A DNA stretch of 64,000 bases from a candidate division Kazan bacterium RIFCSPHIGHO2_01_FULL_44_14 (GTDB lineage Bacteria > Patescibacteriota > Kazan-3B-28), in assembly GCA_001771185.1 (NCBI GenBank), contig METB01000001.1, positions 567,200 to 631,199 of the forward strand, given 5' to 3'. A model generated the notes under the pieces. It saw nothing but the letters and a program-made list of their open reading frames with translations, was not told the DNA's origin and made no database searches. How positions within the stretch are numbered: the stretch's first letter is position 1; each line of letters opens with the position of its first letter. The translations under genes and the position numbers were made by a program. Of the stretch, positions 27,945-36,875 are shown in pieces.

Positions 27945-28425
27945 ATGAAACATTTGTCATTACGAAAATTAAGGTTGTCTGACCAGAGCCGTTTTACTAA
28001 ATGGTGGAGAGATACGGAATTAATCAAGTTAACTAGTGGTGTTTTGGAACCAATTTCGGACAAAATGGTTGCAAAATATTTTACGACCATGTTGAAGGAT
28101 GAGCGGGATTTGAATTTTATGATTACGGTTGATGGGAAAACGGTCGGGCATGTGGCATTAATGCACCGGCCGCGAGGTTGGTATGAGACCTAAATTGTAA
28201 TTGGCGAAAAGAGCGCTTGGGGTAAGGGATACGGGACTCTAGCGATTAAAAGTTTGTTGCAGAGAGCTAAGCGGAAGAGAATTAAGAAAATCTATCTTGA
28301 AGTTCGTCCAGATAATTCCAGGGCGATAGGGGCTTACAGGAAGTGTGGGTTTGTGGGTGGGGTCGTCTTTAAACATCCGGGCAGTAAGTCCCTGCCAGCG
28401 ACTTTGAGGATGGAATTGGGGTAGG
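27945..28425 (+). pseudogene. GNAT-family N-acetyltransferase interrupted by an in-frame TAA stop at ~28194
   Basis: The GNAT core (IGEKSAWGKGYGTLAIKSLLQRAKRKRIKKIYLEVRPDNSRAIGAYRKCGFV) continues in the same frame after the stop that closes the 82-aa ORF. Confidence 0.6.
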
Positions 28426-28614
28426 GATGTGTTTGGTTGTCTTGGGTTTGCCTTTTTCCTGTTTTATGATATGATTTTAGCGCTTCCAGAGCGGATTTTG
28501 TACTATATGATTGGGGTGGCGGGAAGGTAGTAGCCCCTCCTTCGTCCCGGCTTGTCGGGACTACGGAAGGGTCTACGATTCCCCTGAGAGGGTAATTTAC
28601 GAGATAATAGCCAT

Positions 28615-31600
28615 ATGACGACCGAAACGGGGGGCCAGCCAGTTGAATTGGCAGGACAAACCACCGTTGAGGCGGTGGCTGAACGAATTCGGGAACTAGA
28701 AGTCGGACCAGTGGTAGAAATTGCTACTGGTGAGATTAGAGATAGCCAGAAATTGGCGTTTGAGTCGCTCGAGAATCAGGATGGGAAAGTGGTTCGTAAT
28801 CCGGAGTATCTCAAGTTCTTAGGAAAACTTGATCAAGAATATGTTGATGAACGACTAGATAAAGAAGGAATGGTGAGGGTAAGGAATGTGGCAGTGATGT
28901 CAATTGATATTGCCGGTTTTTCTAATTTAGCCCAGGAATTTTTACAGGCCTCCTGGGGAGATCAGCGTGGGACCTATGCGGCCAAAAAAGTTGTCGATCA
29001 AATTGCTCCGGTACGCGAAGAAATTTTGAGTTCAGTCCACTTGTTTGGCGGAGAAGTTGATCAATTTTTGGGCGATGGAATGAATGTAATGTTTCGAGGT
29101 GGCACACCGGAAGAAAATGTGGCGCGGTCGGTGCAGGCAGCTGAACTTTTACGAAGCAATATTAAGGAACATTATCAATTTGATATTCGAATCGGGATAG
29201 ATATTGGCGACGTGGAATTAGTGGGATACGGTAGCGAAACCGAAAAACGGGCCGATATGATTGGGTCGGCAGTCCAAGGAGCGGAAAAAGTTCAGTCGCA
29301 GGCCGATGTCAAAGGTGGATACAACGTGACCTTGTCTGAAAAGGCCTATGCTTTAATGGAAGACAGTCAGTTTACGGTTTTGGAAAATGGTGTGTATGCC
29401 CTAGGGGAGATTGGCAAGAACGATTCAGTCAATGTGGCGGATTGGGTAACTGGCTTGAACGAAGAGTCAACCGATTTGGCTCTGGTTGAGAATACGATTA
29501 GGGTAAGGGAAAAGTTCTTGTCGAAATCACGGCGCAAAGAATTACGGAGTGAATTTTTATATGGAACCGAGCCCAGACAAGATGCCAGTCCTGTCAGTAC
29601 GGTCTTTGTCAGGTTGAATGTAGCGAAGATGGATTATCAGGAACTGAATCCGATTATGACCGAAGTGTTTGATATCGCCGGACGGTTGCGGGGTAAAGTG
29701 GATAAGGTCCACAATAACACCGTGATGATTAATTTCATCGCTCATTTGAATGATGTTAACAGTGTGGAGGCGAGTAAATTAGTGGCTGACTATTTAACTG
29801 ATCAACGAGTGGGTTTTGATATGGCAGCCAGTCGGTCTGAAGCGTTGGTATTGGCGGTTGATGGAGTGCGGACGGTCTATGGTGACGGAGTGATTCGAGC
29901 CAGACGGTTATTAGATGTAAATAATCCTGGCAATCGGTTAGTGGTGGACAAAAGCGTGATGGATCGGATGCTAACTCGTAAAGTTTCAGCAGATTCAATT
30001 CCGCCGGTTCGAGTGAAAGGGTTTAGTGAGCCAGTCGAACGGTTTGTGATTACTAAAATTGAACGGTCTTATGAATTGCCCAAGGGTAAACATTTGGCTG
30101 GACGAGAAATAGAGATAAAAGTGTTAGAGGATGACTTTGAGCTGGCTCGTAAAGAAGGACAAAGTCGAATCCTAATTGGTGAACCCGGGATTGGTAAATC
30201 GGCGTTAACGGCCGAGTTCTTGGCGCGCAAACAAAAAGGCGGATTGATGGTAATGGTTGGCCGAGCTGAAGCTAGTACTCAAAAACAGGCCTTCTCGGTA
30301 TGGCGTAACTTGCTGGAAGGCAGTTTGTCATTGAAAGATATGTTGGTCAAAGACAAAGAAGTAGCGATTAAAGAGTTTTATTTGTCTAACTGTCCAGTAT
30401 TATCCGAATCGTTGGCGTTATTGAATCCAATTTTGGGAACCAACTTTGAAGAAGGGGAAAAGGTTAAATATTTAGATGCTGTCGAACGCGATCAGTCCCG
30501 GGCGGAATTTGTGATGGAAACAATTAAATCGCTAACTAGCGTGGGAGTGCCAGCGGCTGTATTGTTGGAAGATTTACATTTCTTTGATCCATCATCAGAA
30601 GCCCTGGCGCGGGAGGTGATGAAGCGGGTCAAGGATTCTGATATTTATATTGTGTTAACTACTTGGCCGAAAGACGATGAACATAAACTGACTTTACCCA
30701 GGAAAGAATTCATGCGGGAGTTGGCTGATGTCAAGACACTCGAATTGGGCGGGTTGCCGGTATTCGGAGGAGATTATGACACAGCCAAAGATACGGTTGA
30801 GTTTGAACAGTGGTGGCAGGCCAATAAAGAGGTCTGGTGGCAGGCGGTAGACGCCTTTTTGGATCTGGACCGAAAAGATTTTGAAAAGAAGGAAATGGGG
30901 TATCGGCGCATTTTTACCAAGCTAGCCGAAAAAACCCAGGGCAACTTCTTGTATTTGGGTAACGCTATTTTCTACTTGGCTATTTATCAAGGGGAACGAC
31001 GATATTTTGAGGAAGACCAGAATACTAAACTGTATTCTTTGTGTGAACGAATCCAGGATGAGCAATTTGCCAACATTCCCAGTACCGAGTCGATTATCCA
31101 GTATCGGTTGGGGATGTTAGACATTGAGATCAAAAACTTGGCCCAAGATGCATCGGTGGTTGGGCTAGTGTTTACTTCAGAAGTTGTGTCGCTAATTAGT
31201 GGTGTGCCGATCGATCGCGTCAGGAGTAGTTTTGCATATGCCGAACAGAAGGGCTTCACGAAAGAACTGGGTGGAGGACAATGGATGTTTGTTCATGGCG
31301 CCATTCAAAATGCGGTGTATAACTCGATAGCGGATCTTAGACGGCGGCAGTTGAAGCATCGTGAGTTGGCCCAATACTTTGAAAAAACATCGCCAGATGA
31401 TTTGCCGCTGTTGGTGCGTCATTATCGTAATAGTGATGATTACTTGAAAGCAATGAAGTATTTGGATCAGTATGCTGAACGGCTGAAGGAGCAGGTGTTG
31501 TGGGGGCCGGCGCTCGATCAGATTCATTATGCTAGTAAGATTTTTGATAAAGTCCATGAACGGGGTTGGAAGATTGTAGACATCGGCTCGACTACTTACA

Positions 31601-32859
31601 AGGGTGAGTCGATTCAGTTGGATTTGGAACAAATTGAGAAATTGGTGCACGAAGAAATCGATCGGGCAATGGCGGCACTAATGTTGCAGCGGAAGATCGG
31701 GGACCGGAACAAGACCCTGCCCATTATCGAGCGGGCGCAGGATTTGTTTAACGACTTTCATGGGCGAGGTAATGTTGAGAGTTTGCCAATACACGACAGA
31801 TTGGCTTGGATTAGGTTATTAGCCAATGAGGGGGCAGAAAGAGCCACTGCTGAGGACAAAAACAATGCACTGACAATTTTTAAAGAAGCCTTTTCTTTGG
31901 CCAGAGATTTGGACTGTGATAGCTTTAATAAAACCGAATTAAAGGGAATGAGCAGAGAGGCGTTATTCGATTTATATCTGGCATACGGTGATGCTTTGCA
32001 TGAGATGAGCGATTTTGAAGCATCAATTGCTAGTACAAAAAAAGCAAAAAGCATAGCAATAAGTTTACAAAATCAAATTATCACTTCGAACCAGATTATT
32101 ATTTGTTATAAGGGTATGGGCGAGATGCAACTAGCGAAACAGGGGTACCAGGAAACGATATCGTTAGCAGAAAAGAATAATTTAAAAGGAGAGTTGCCGA
32201 CATTGTATTCCAACTTTGCCGAGTTTTATGCGAGTGCTGGTAAGGCAGAGTTGGCAGAGACCTACTATGATAAAGCATATGAAGCTGCTAGAATAATTGG
32301 CCAGACAGCAACTATGGCAAAGGCACGAGGAAGTATGGCTTTTATCAAGCGGAATAAGGGAGAGTACGCTGACGCACTACACTTATTTATTAATGCCAGA
32401 GACGATTTTGCTCGGAGGGGACAAGTGGCGCGAGCTATAAATGCTACCGCTGAAGCGGCTTTTTGTGCAGTGCAAATAAGTTTGTTCGAACAGGCAGAAA
32501 TGTTATTGAAAGAAGTTGCGGCTAGCAATACCAAGTTTAAGGGGAGGGGTCTCACTCTCCACGCACTTAGCGATTTGATTAAAAATGGGACGAAGAATAG
32601 AGAGCTCATAAAAATAAAATTTGAGCAAGGAGCAGAGCAGTTGCTTCAAGATAAAAATAAGAGTGATTTTGCTTTTGATTGTCTCTACTTTGGCGAAGCT
32701 TTGCTTGAGAGAGGGTTTAATGAAGGGATGGAGTATGTATTGAATGCGAAAAGAATTTATGAGGAGATTGGTGAGTTGGCTCAGATGCCGAGAATTGAGA
32801 AAATTCTTGCCCGATATGGAAAGAATATCAACCAGAGGCAAGAGCCAGTTGTTGGGTAG
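28615..32859 (+). CDS. multidomain signalling protein: class III nucleotide cyclase domain, degenerate second cyclase-like domain, STAND/AAA P-loop NTPase and TPR repeats
   Basis: Cyclase motifs VAVMSIDIAGFSNL and FGGEVDQFLGDGMNVMF (metal-binding Asp pair); second domain lacks the first Asp; Walker A ILIGEPGIGKSALT and Walker B-like LLEDLHFFD; C-terminal 500 aa is TPR-like. The architecture resembles mycobacterial cyclase-ATPase-TPR proteins but has no HTH. Confidence 0.7.
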   Translation: MTTETGGQPVELAGQTTVEAVAERIRELEVGPVVEIATGEIRDSQKLAFESLENQDGKVVRNPEYLKFLGKLDQEYVDERLDKEGMVRVRNVAVMSIDIAGFSNLAQEFLQASWGDQRGTYAAKKVVDQIAPVREEILSSVHLFGGEVDQFLGDGMNVMFRGGTPEENVARSVQAAELLRSNIKEHYQFDIRIGIDIGDVELVGYGSETEKRADMIGSAVQGAEKVQSQADVKGGYNVTLSEKAYALMEDSQFTVLENGVYALGEIGKNDSVNVADWVTGLNEESTDLALVENTIRVREKFLSKSRRKELRSEFLYGTEPRQDASPVSTVFVRLNVAKMDYQELNPIMTEVFDIAGRLRGKVDKVHNNTVMINFIAHLNDVNSVEASKLVADYLTDQRVGFDMAASRSEALVLAVDGVRTVYGDGVIRARRLLDVNNPGNRLVVDKSVMDRMLTRKVSADSIPPVRVKGFSEPVERFVITKIERSYELPKGKHLAGREIEIKVLEDDFELARKEGQSRILIGEPGIGKSALTAEFLARKQKGGLMVMVGRAEASTQKQAFSVWRNLLEGSLSLKDMLVKDKEVAIKEFYLSNCPVLSESLALLNPILGTNFEEGEKVKYLDAVERDQSRAEFVMETIKSLTSVGVPAAVLLEDLHFFDPSSEALAREVMKRVKDSDIYIVLTTWPKDDEHKLTLPRKEFMRELADVKTLELGGLPVFGGDYDTAKDTVEFEQWWQANKEVWWQAVDAFLDLDRKDFEKKEMGYRRIFTKLAEKTQGNFLYLGNAIFYLAIYQGERRYFEEDQNTKLYSLCERIQDEQFANIPSTESIIQYRLGMLDIEIKNLAQDASVVGLVFTSEVVSLISGVPIDRVRSSFAYAEQKGFTKELGGGQWMFVHGAIQNAVYNSIADLRRRQLKHRELAQYFEKTSPDDLPLLVRHYRNSDDYLKAMKYLDQYAERLKEQVLWGPALDQIHYASKIFDKVHERGWKIVDIGSTTYKGESIQLDLEQIEKLVHEEIDRAMAALMLQRKIGDRNKTLPIIERAQDLFNDFHGRGNVESLPIHDRLAWIRLLANEGAERATAEDKNNALTIFKEAFSLARDLDCDSFNKTELKGMSREALFDLYLAYGDALHEMSDFEASIASTKKAKSIAISLQNQIITSNQIIICYKGMGEMQLAKQGYQETISLAEKNNLKGELPTLYSNFAEFYASAGKAELAETYYDKAYEAARIIGQTATMAKARGSMAFIKRNKGEYADALHLFINARDDFARRGQVARAINATAEAAFCAVQISLFEQAEMLLKEVAASNTKFKGRGLTLHALSDLIKNGTKNRELIKIKFEQGAEQLLQDKNKSDFAFDCLYFGEALLERGFNEGMEYVLNAKRIYEEIGELAQMPRIEKILARYGKNINQRQEPVVG

Positions 32860-32902
32860 GCATTTTACTCCCGATTTAGGTTTGTGTGACTAGGCCGAAA
32901 GA

Positions 32903-33808
32903 GTGAAAAGTCCCAGTAGAAGCGAATGCCCTTTTGTTACTATAGGAAGAAAGTTTTTAGGGTACACTGAAGGTATGAAAGTCAGGGTAGTTGCCGACAA
33001 ACGGATATTTTGTCTCTATGTGGCGCTGAATGCGATGGTTTATGGTGGGGGAAATGCCGGAGTGGTGTACTCGGTTCGTCAGCGGGTATGGGAATGGTTC
33101 GGTCAACAGAATTTGACTCTGGAACCACTGAAACAATTTTTCGCCAAGTACCCGGAGGGAAATTACTATCGTTTTCGCGATTGGGCTTTGAGTCACGGTG
33201 AACCGCCGGAGTTTAGCGAGATTAATGATTTTTGGAGACGAAACAATCCGAAGGAGCTGGACGGCTTCGCGGAGTTGCTACGCGATTTTTGGGTACAGAC
33301 CAATTTAGAACAATTGTGGCGGGATTTAAGTGAGGACTATCTTGCTGTGGTGGGGGAGACACAAATTAATGGAGAGATAGCTGCCAAGCAGGTACAGAAG
33401 TATTTGAGAATGAAAGATATGGGTATTGATGAGTTAGTAATAGTGCCTAATTTGTTGGAAAATTATAATACTGGTTTTGGTCCCAAGCTAGGTAGGGTTG
33501 CCTACGCTATATTAGGCCCGTCAGAAAACGGTTTTTCAGTGTCGAGGATTAGTCATGAACTACTACATTCGATTATCAATCCTCTAACAGAAGATTATGA
33601 TAAGGCCAAGCGCTCGAGTTTGCGTGAATACATTATTCGTGCGATGGTCCTGCGAATGAATCCAGATCAATCCAGACACCAAGAGTTAATCATAGAAACC
33701 TACCCGCAACTCGATCAGTTCTGGGGTAAATTACGGGATTTTGAAGCAGATGGCCAGCCCTTTGATGAATATTTGCGAACTTGGTTGCCAACTATCCGAC
33801 TTGATTAA
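32903..33808 (+). CDS. hypothetical protein with HExxH motif (putative metallopeptidase); start may be the internal Met at 32966
   Basis: Motif VSRISHELLHSIINP; sits immediately upstream of the radical-SAM/SPASM gene. Confidence 0.45.
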   Translation: MKSPSRSECPFVTIGRKFLGYTEGMKVRVVADKRIFCLYVALNAMVYGGGNAGVVYSVRQRVWEWFGQQNLTLEPLKQFFAKYPEGNYYRFRDWALSHGEPPEFSEINDFWRRNNPKELDGFAELLRDFWVQTNLEQLWRDLSEDYLAVVGETQINGEIAAKQVQKYLRMKDMGIDELVIVPNLLENYNTGFGPKLGRVAYAILGPSENGFSVSRISHELLHSIINPLTEDYDKAKRSSLREYIIRAMVLRMNPDQSRHQELIIETYPQLDQFWGKLRDFEADGQPFDEYLRTWLPTIRLD

Positions 33809-33877
33809 TCCGCACCAGTGGCATATAATTCCAGTAGTACTTTGAAATTACAATCTCTGTGATAAGGAGGTGGGCTT

Positions 33878-35128
33878 TTGATTGAGCTGATGTCAGCTAA
33901 ACTGATATGCGACACTATCGTCGTCAGTGACACCGACGGTGTATATCTGTATGCCCAAGCTACGAAGCGAGTGGCCCGGGTAAGTAAAATGAGCAAGACC
34001 GTCAGGAGCAACCTTGCAAACAGAGGGTTCTTTAATACGGTTCCACGATCAATGTGGCATCGTCGCCCGAAAAGGTGGCGAAGCTTAATGCTACTACTGA
34101 CCAAGAGTTGTCCGTTGGCCTGCGAGTACTGTTACGCGCATGGTGGCGAAAACGATGGAATGATGAGTCCAGAGACAGCTGATAGGGCAGTGGCGGCATA
34201 CATGGAGACCAAGCCAGTCAACCCTAAAGTAACTTTCTTTGGGGCGGGGGAGCCGACGCTTAACGTTCAAGCGATTAAGCATGTGGTGGAGAAATATGGC
34301 TCTCGGATTCGCTGGTCCATTACGACTTCCGGTGTGATGCCGGAATCATTTCTGCAGTGGCTAATTGACCACGATGTTGGTGTAACGGTATCGATGGATG
34401 GACCGCCACATATTCAAAATCGCCTACGACCATTACGCAACGGGGGTGCTTCAGCGTCCATCGTTGAGCGGACTATTAGAACTTTAGCAGAAGTCCCTGG
34501 CAGAACTGTGGCAGTACGCGCGACAGTAACCCATGAGACCCTTCAAGAAATCAATCAGGTACTAGTTTATTTCCAAGATTTAGGAATAACAACGGTCCAT
34601 CTTGAGGGAATGTACTCGTTGGGTCGAGCCCTCGACCAGCGAGAGAATGCCTTAAATCCGCTCGATTTTTCCGAAATGCTCCAGATGGTACAGGCGGGTT
34701 TGGATTGGGCGCGTTCAACCGGCAGACGGCTCAAGATTGGAGGGCTAACCTATCTGCTTACTCCGCGTATTGGTTACTATTGTGGCCCAATGTCAGGACA
34801 AACGATGGTTGTTAACTGTTTGGGCCAACTTACGGCTTGCAGTGAAGTGAGCGACGATCAAATTTCAGAATGGGAGCACTTTGGGTTGGGCTATATTGAT
34901 GGTAAGGGTCGGATTCTGGTCAATGAAGAGCGGCTGAATGACTATCAACACCGCGTTGTTAGTCGCATGGTCCCATGCCGTCAATGCTTTGCTCGTTATA
35001 TCTGTCGAGGAGGATGTGCTCACAAGGCGTGGGTTGCGACTGGTGATATCTATGTCCCGAATCCCCAACACTGCCGATTCGTTCGGGCTATTGTACCTTT
35101 TTTGATTAGGCGCATGGCCGAGCGGTAG
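33878..35128 (+). CDS. radical SAM enzyme with C-terminal SPASM domain (peptide-modifying maturase-like)
   Basis: rSAM cluster motif CPLACEYCYAHGG (Cx3Cx2C); SPASM-type Cys-rich C-terminus CRQCFARYICRGGCAHKAW...HCRF; ~85-aa N-terminal extension could be an RRE. Confidence 0.8.
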   Translation: MIELMSAKLICDTIVVSDTDGVYLYAQATKRVARVSKMSKTVRSNLANRGFFNTVPRSMWHRRPKRWRSLMLLLTKSCPLACEYCYAHGGENDGMMSPETADRAVAAYMETKPVNPKVTFFGAGEPTLNVQAIKHVVEKYGSRIRWSITTSGVMPESFLQWLIDHDVGVTVSMDGPPHIQNRLRPLRNGGASASIVERTIRTLAEVPGRTVAVRATVTHETLQEINQVLVYFQDLGITTVHLEGMYSLGRALDQRENALNPLDFSEMLQMVQAGLDWARSTGRRLKIGGLTYLLTPRIGYYCGPMSGQTMVVNCLGQLTACSEVSDDQISEWEHFGLGYIDGKGRILVNEERLNDYQHRVVSRMVPCRQCFARYICRGGCAHKAWVATGDIYVPNPQHCRFVRAIVPFLIRRMAER

Positions 35129-35165
35129 CTCACGAATAGGAAAATCTAGTTATGGAGGTAACACG

Positions 35166-35288
35166 GTGACAAACGAGATTGTAGTATCTGATGCTACAAT
35201 GCCTGAACTCTCAACTGGCGAATCGTCAGCTGGGTGTCCGGCCGACGTTAGCTGCGGTGACGACTGCAGTTGCACGGATGACAAGTAA
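35166..35288 (+). CDS. 40-aa Cys/Asp-rich putative RiPP precursor peptide (GTG start; not in the ORF track)
   Basis: GGAGG RBS 7 nt upstream of GTG; translation MTNEIVVSDATMPELSTGESSAGCPADVSCGDDCSCTDDK; followed by an intrinsic terminator; 37 nt downstream of the rSAM/SPASM gene. Confidence 0.55.
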   Translation: MTNEIVVSDATMPELSTGESSAGCPADVSCGDDCSCTDDK

Positions 35289-35311
35289 TCTGAACTTCGT
35301 CATCGCGATGA

Positions 35312-35345
35312 TGTGCCCCGGCTATAATATGCCGGGGCTTTTTTA
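35312..35345 (+). terminator. intrinsic terminator after the precursor-peptide gene
   Basis: ccccggc-tataatat-gccgggg hairpin followed by cttttttat. Confidence 0.65.
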
Positions 35346-35365
35346 TCGTTTTTTTGAATATTTTT

Positions 35366-35590
35366 TTATCGTAAACTGTCGGAGCTGAAACTTTCACCCA
35401 TAATAGCTGAGGTAGGCGAGATTGTGATTGTACTTTTAGCTAGAGAATAGCCGAATAAGATTCCAAGCATAAGCACCATAGCTAGTACTACAACTAACTC
35501 AATTTCTACTAACTTTGCTGTGATGTGAGAAGATTTAATAAGCATATTATAGAGAAGGTCACAGATTCTTATCTTCACCGAATCCTTCAC
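35366..35590 (-). CDS. small membrane protein sharing an N-terminal TM motif with the upstream Big_2 protein
   Basis: 74 aa; segment VEIELVVVLAMVLMLGILFGYSLA parallels LEASLAVLVVLGAIFGYSLAS of the 438-aa protein. Confidence 0.4.
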   Translation of the reverse strand: MKDSVKIRICDLLYNMLIKSSHITAKLVEIELVVVLAMVLMLGILFGYSLAKSTITISPTSAIMGESFSSDSLR

Positions 35591-36875
35591 CCATCACCCC
35601 AGTACTTGCATCAGTACCTTTGTTGCCGATTATGAGTTGGGAGATAAAGTTGGCAACGGTCTTAACTACATTGGTTTCGCTAGCAGGGCTAAACATTGCC
35701 TGAATGTCTCTCTTGAACTGTTCCCAGTTAAGAGAAACTCTCATAGCCAACTTTTGTGTAGTTGTGGTAGCCGTCTCGGCGATGATTTGGTTAACAGCGG
35801 TTTGTGAGACAAGGGTTGAACCGGTTTCGGTTATTTGCTTTGTTTGGGCTACGGCGAAGGCATCCAAGGCGGTAGCAACCATTGTTTTGGTTTCTGTTAC
35901 TGAACCGTCAGTACTAGGCGCAGTCAAAGCGTCGGCAACTGTATCGAGAGCGGTGTTCCCTTCGCTGGCACCTGGGTAGGTGGCTGATTCCTCCGCGCCG
36001 AGGTATTTGTCAGTAGTAGTATCGGTTGAAGGGATATTAACAATCTTGGATGGGACAGTAGCGACTGTCTCGCGGACAGTAATGGTCGCAGTTGCGCTAG
36101 CACCATTGGCGGTGGCTTTAACTTTTACTGTACCTGCTTGAACACCAGTCAATTCGCCAGTGGCTGAATTGATGGTGGCGCGTTCTTTCGAAATTTCGTC
36201 AGCGAAACTCCATGTGATTTGCAAATCAGAAATACTGTTGCCGGTGGCATCTAAGGCGACAGCGGAGAAGTCACGGGTTTGGCCAACGGTAAGTGAAGCA
36301 ATGCTGGGCAGAACGTAAAGTGTGGATACCGGTGGTGTGATTGGCTTAACGGTGTCTCCACTAGATGAACCAGGAGTAAGGGTAATACTTTTAATAGTGC
36401 TACCACCAGCAAAGGTCATTACGATAACATCTACACTATTTAGGGCGATGGCTCCTTGAGGGGTGCTTACCGAAGTGTCGCCTATTGTTACTCTGTCGTA
36501 GCCACCTTGGACATAAACAACTCCGGTGAATGGTTCGGTTAATGGTTGTACGAAAGTATAGTTAGCGCCTGAAGTTTGGCCAACTATACCATTAAGGCCT
36601 TGTGAGACATTGCCCGGAGTAGTGTTGGCAGAAGTAGCGCGGACCCGGTATTGGCCACTTAAGTTCTGATTGGTGAAGTTAATCCCACTATAGATTCGAC
36701 TATTAATAGAGAATGAAGTAGTGGTTCCGGCAATCTGAATATCGCCGGCAACTAGTTCAGTGCTGGCGAGTGAATATCCAAAAATGGCTCCTAGCACAAC
36801 AAGTACGGCTAGGGAGGCCTCTAATTCTTTTTCGACCAGCCCCCAAAATTTATGGAAAACGGTGCTCTTTTTCAT
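35559..36875 (-). CDS. cell-surface protein with bacterial Ig-like (Big_2) domain
   Basis: 438 aa; N-terminal TM anchor; Big_2-like segment LTVGQTRDFSAVALDATGNSISDLQITWSF...GTVKVKATANGASATATITV; Thr/Ala-rich C-terminal region. Confidence 0.6.
   Translation of the reverse strand: MKKSTVFHKFWGLVEKELEASLAVLVVLGAIFGYSLASTELVAGDIQIAGTTTSFSINSRIYSGINFTNQNLSGQYRVRATSANTTPGNVSQGLNGIVGQTSGANYTFVQPLTEPFTGVVYVQGGYDRVTIGDTSVSTPQGAIALNSVDVIVMTFAGGSTIKSITLTPGSSSGDTVKPITPPVSTLYVLPSIASLTVGQTRDFSAVALDATGNSISDLQITWSFADEISKERATINSATGELTGVQAGTVKVKATANGASATATITVRETVATVPSKIVNIPSTDTTTDKYLGAEESATYPGASEGNTALDTVADALTAPSTDGSVTETKTMVATALDAFAVAQTKQITETGSTLVSQTAVNQIIAETATTTTQKLAMRVSLNWEQFKRDIQAMFSPASETNVVKTVANFISQLIIGNKGTDASTGVMGEGFGEDKNL

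Noticed and set aside
35191-35388. 65-aa ORF (MLQCLNSQ...) downstream of the rSAM gene
   Set aside because: It is out of frame relative to the RBS-preceded GTG ORF and reads straight through the terminator hairpin and T-run. The 40-aa Cys/Asp-rich ORF at 35166-35288 is the better gene model.
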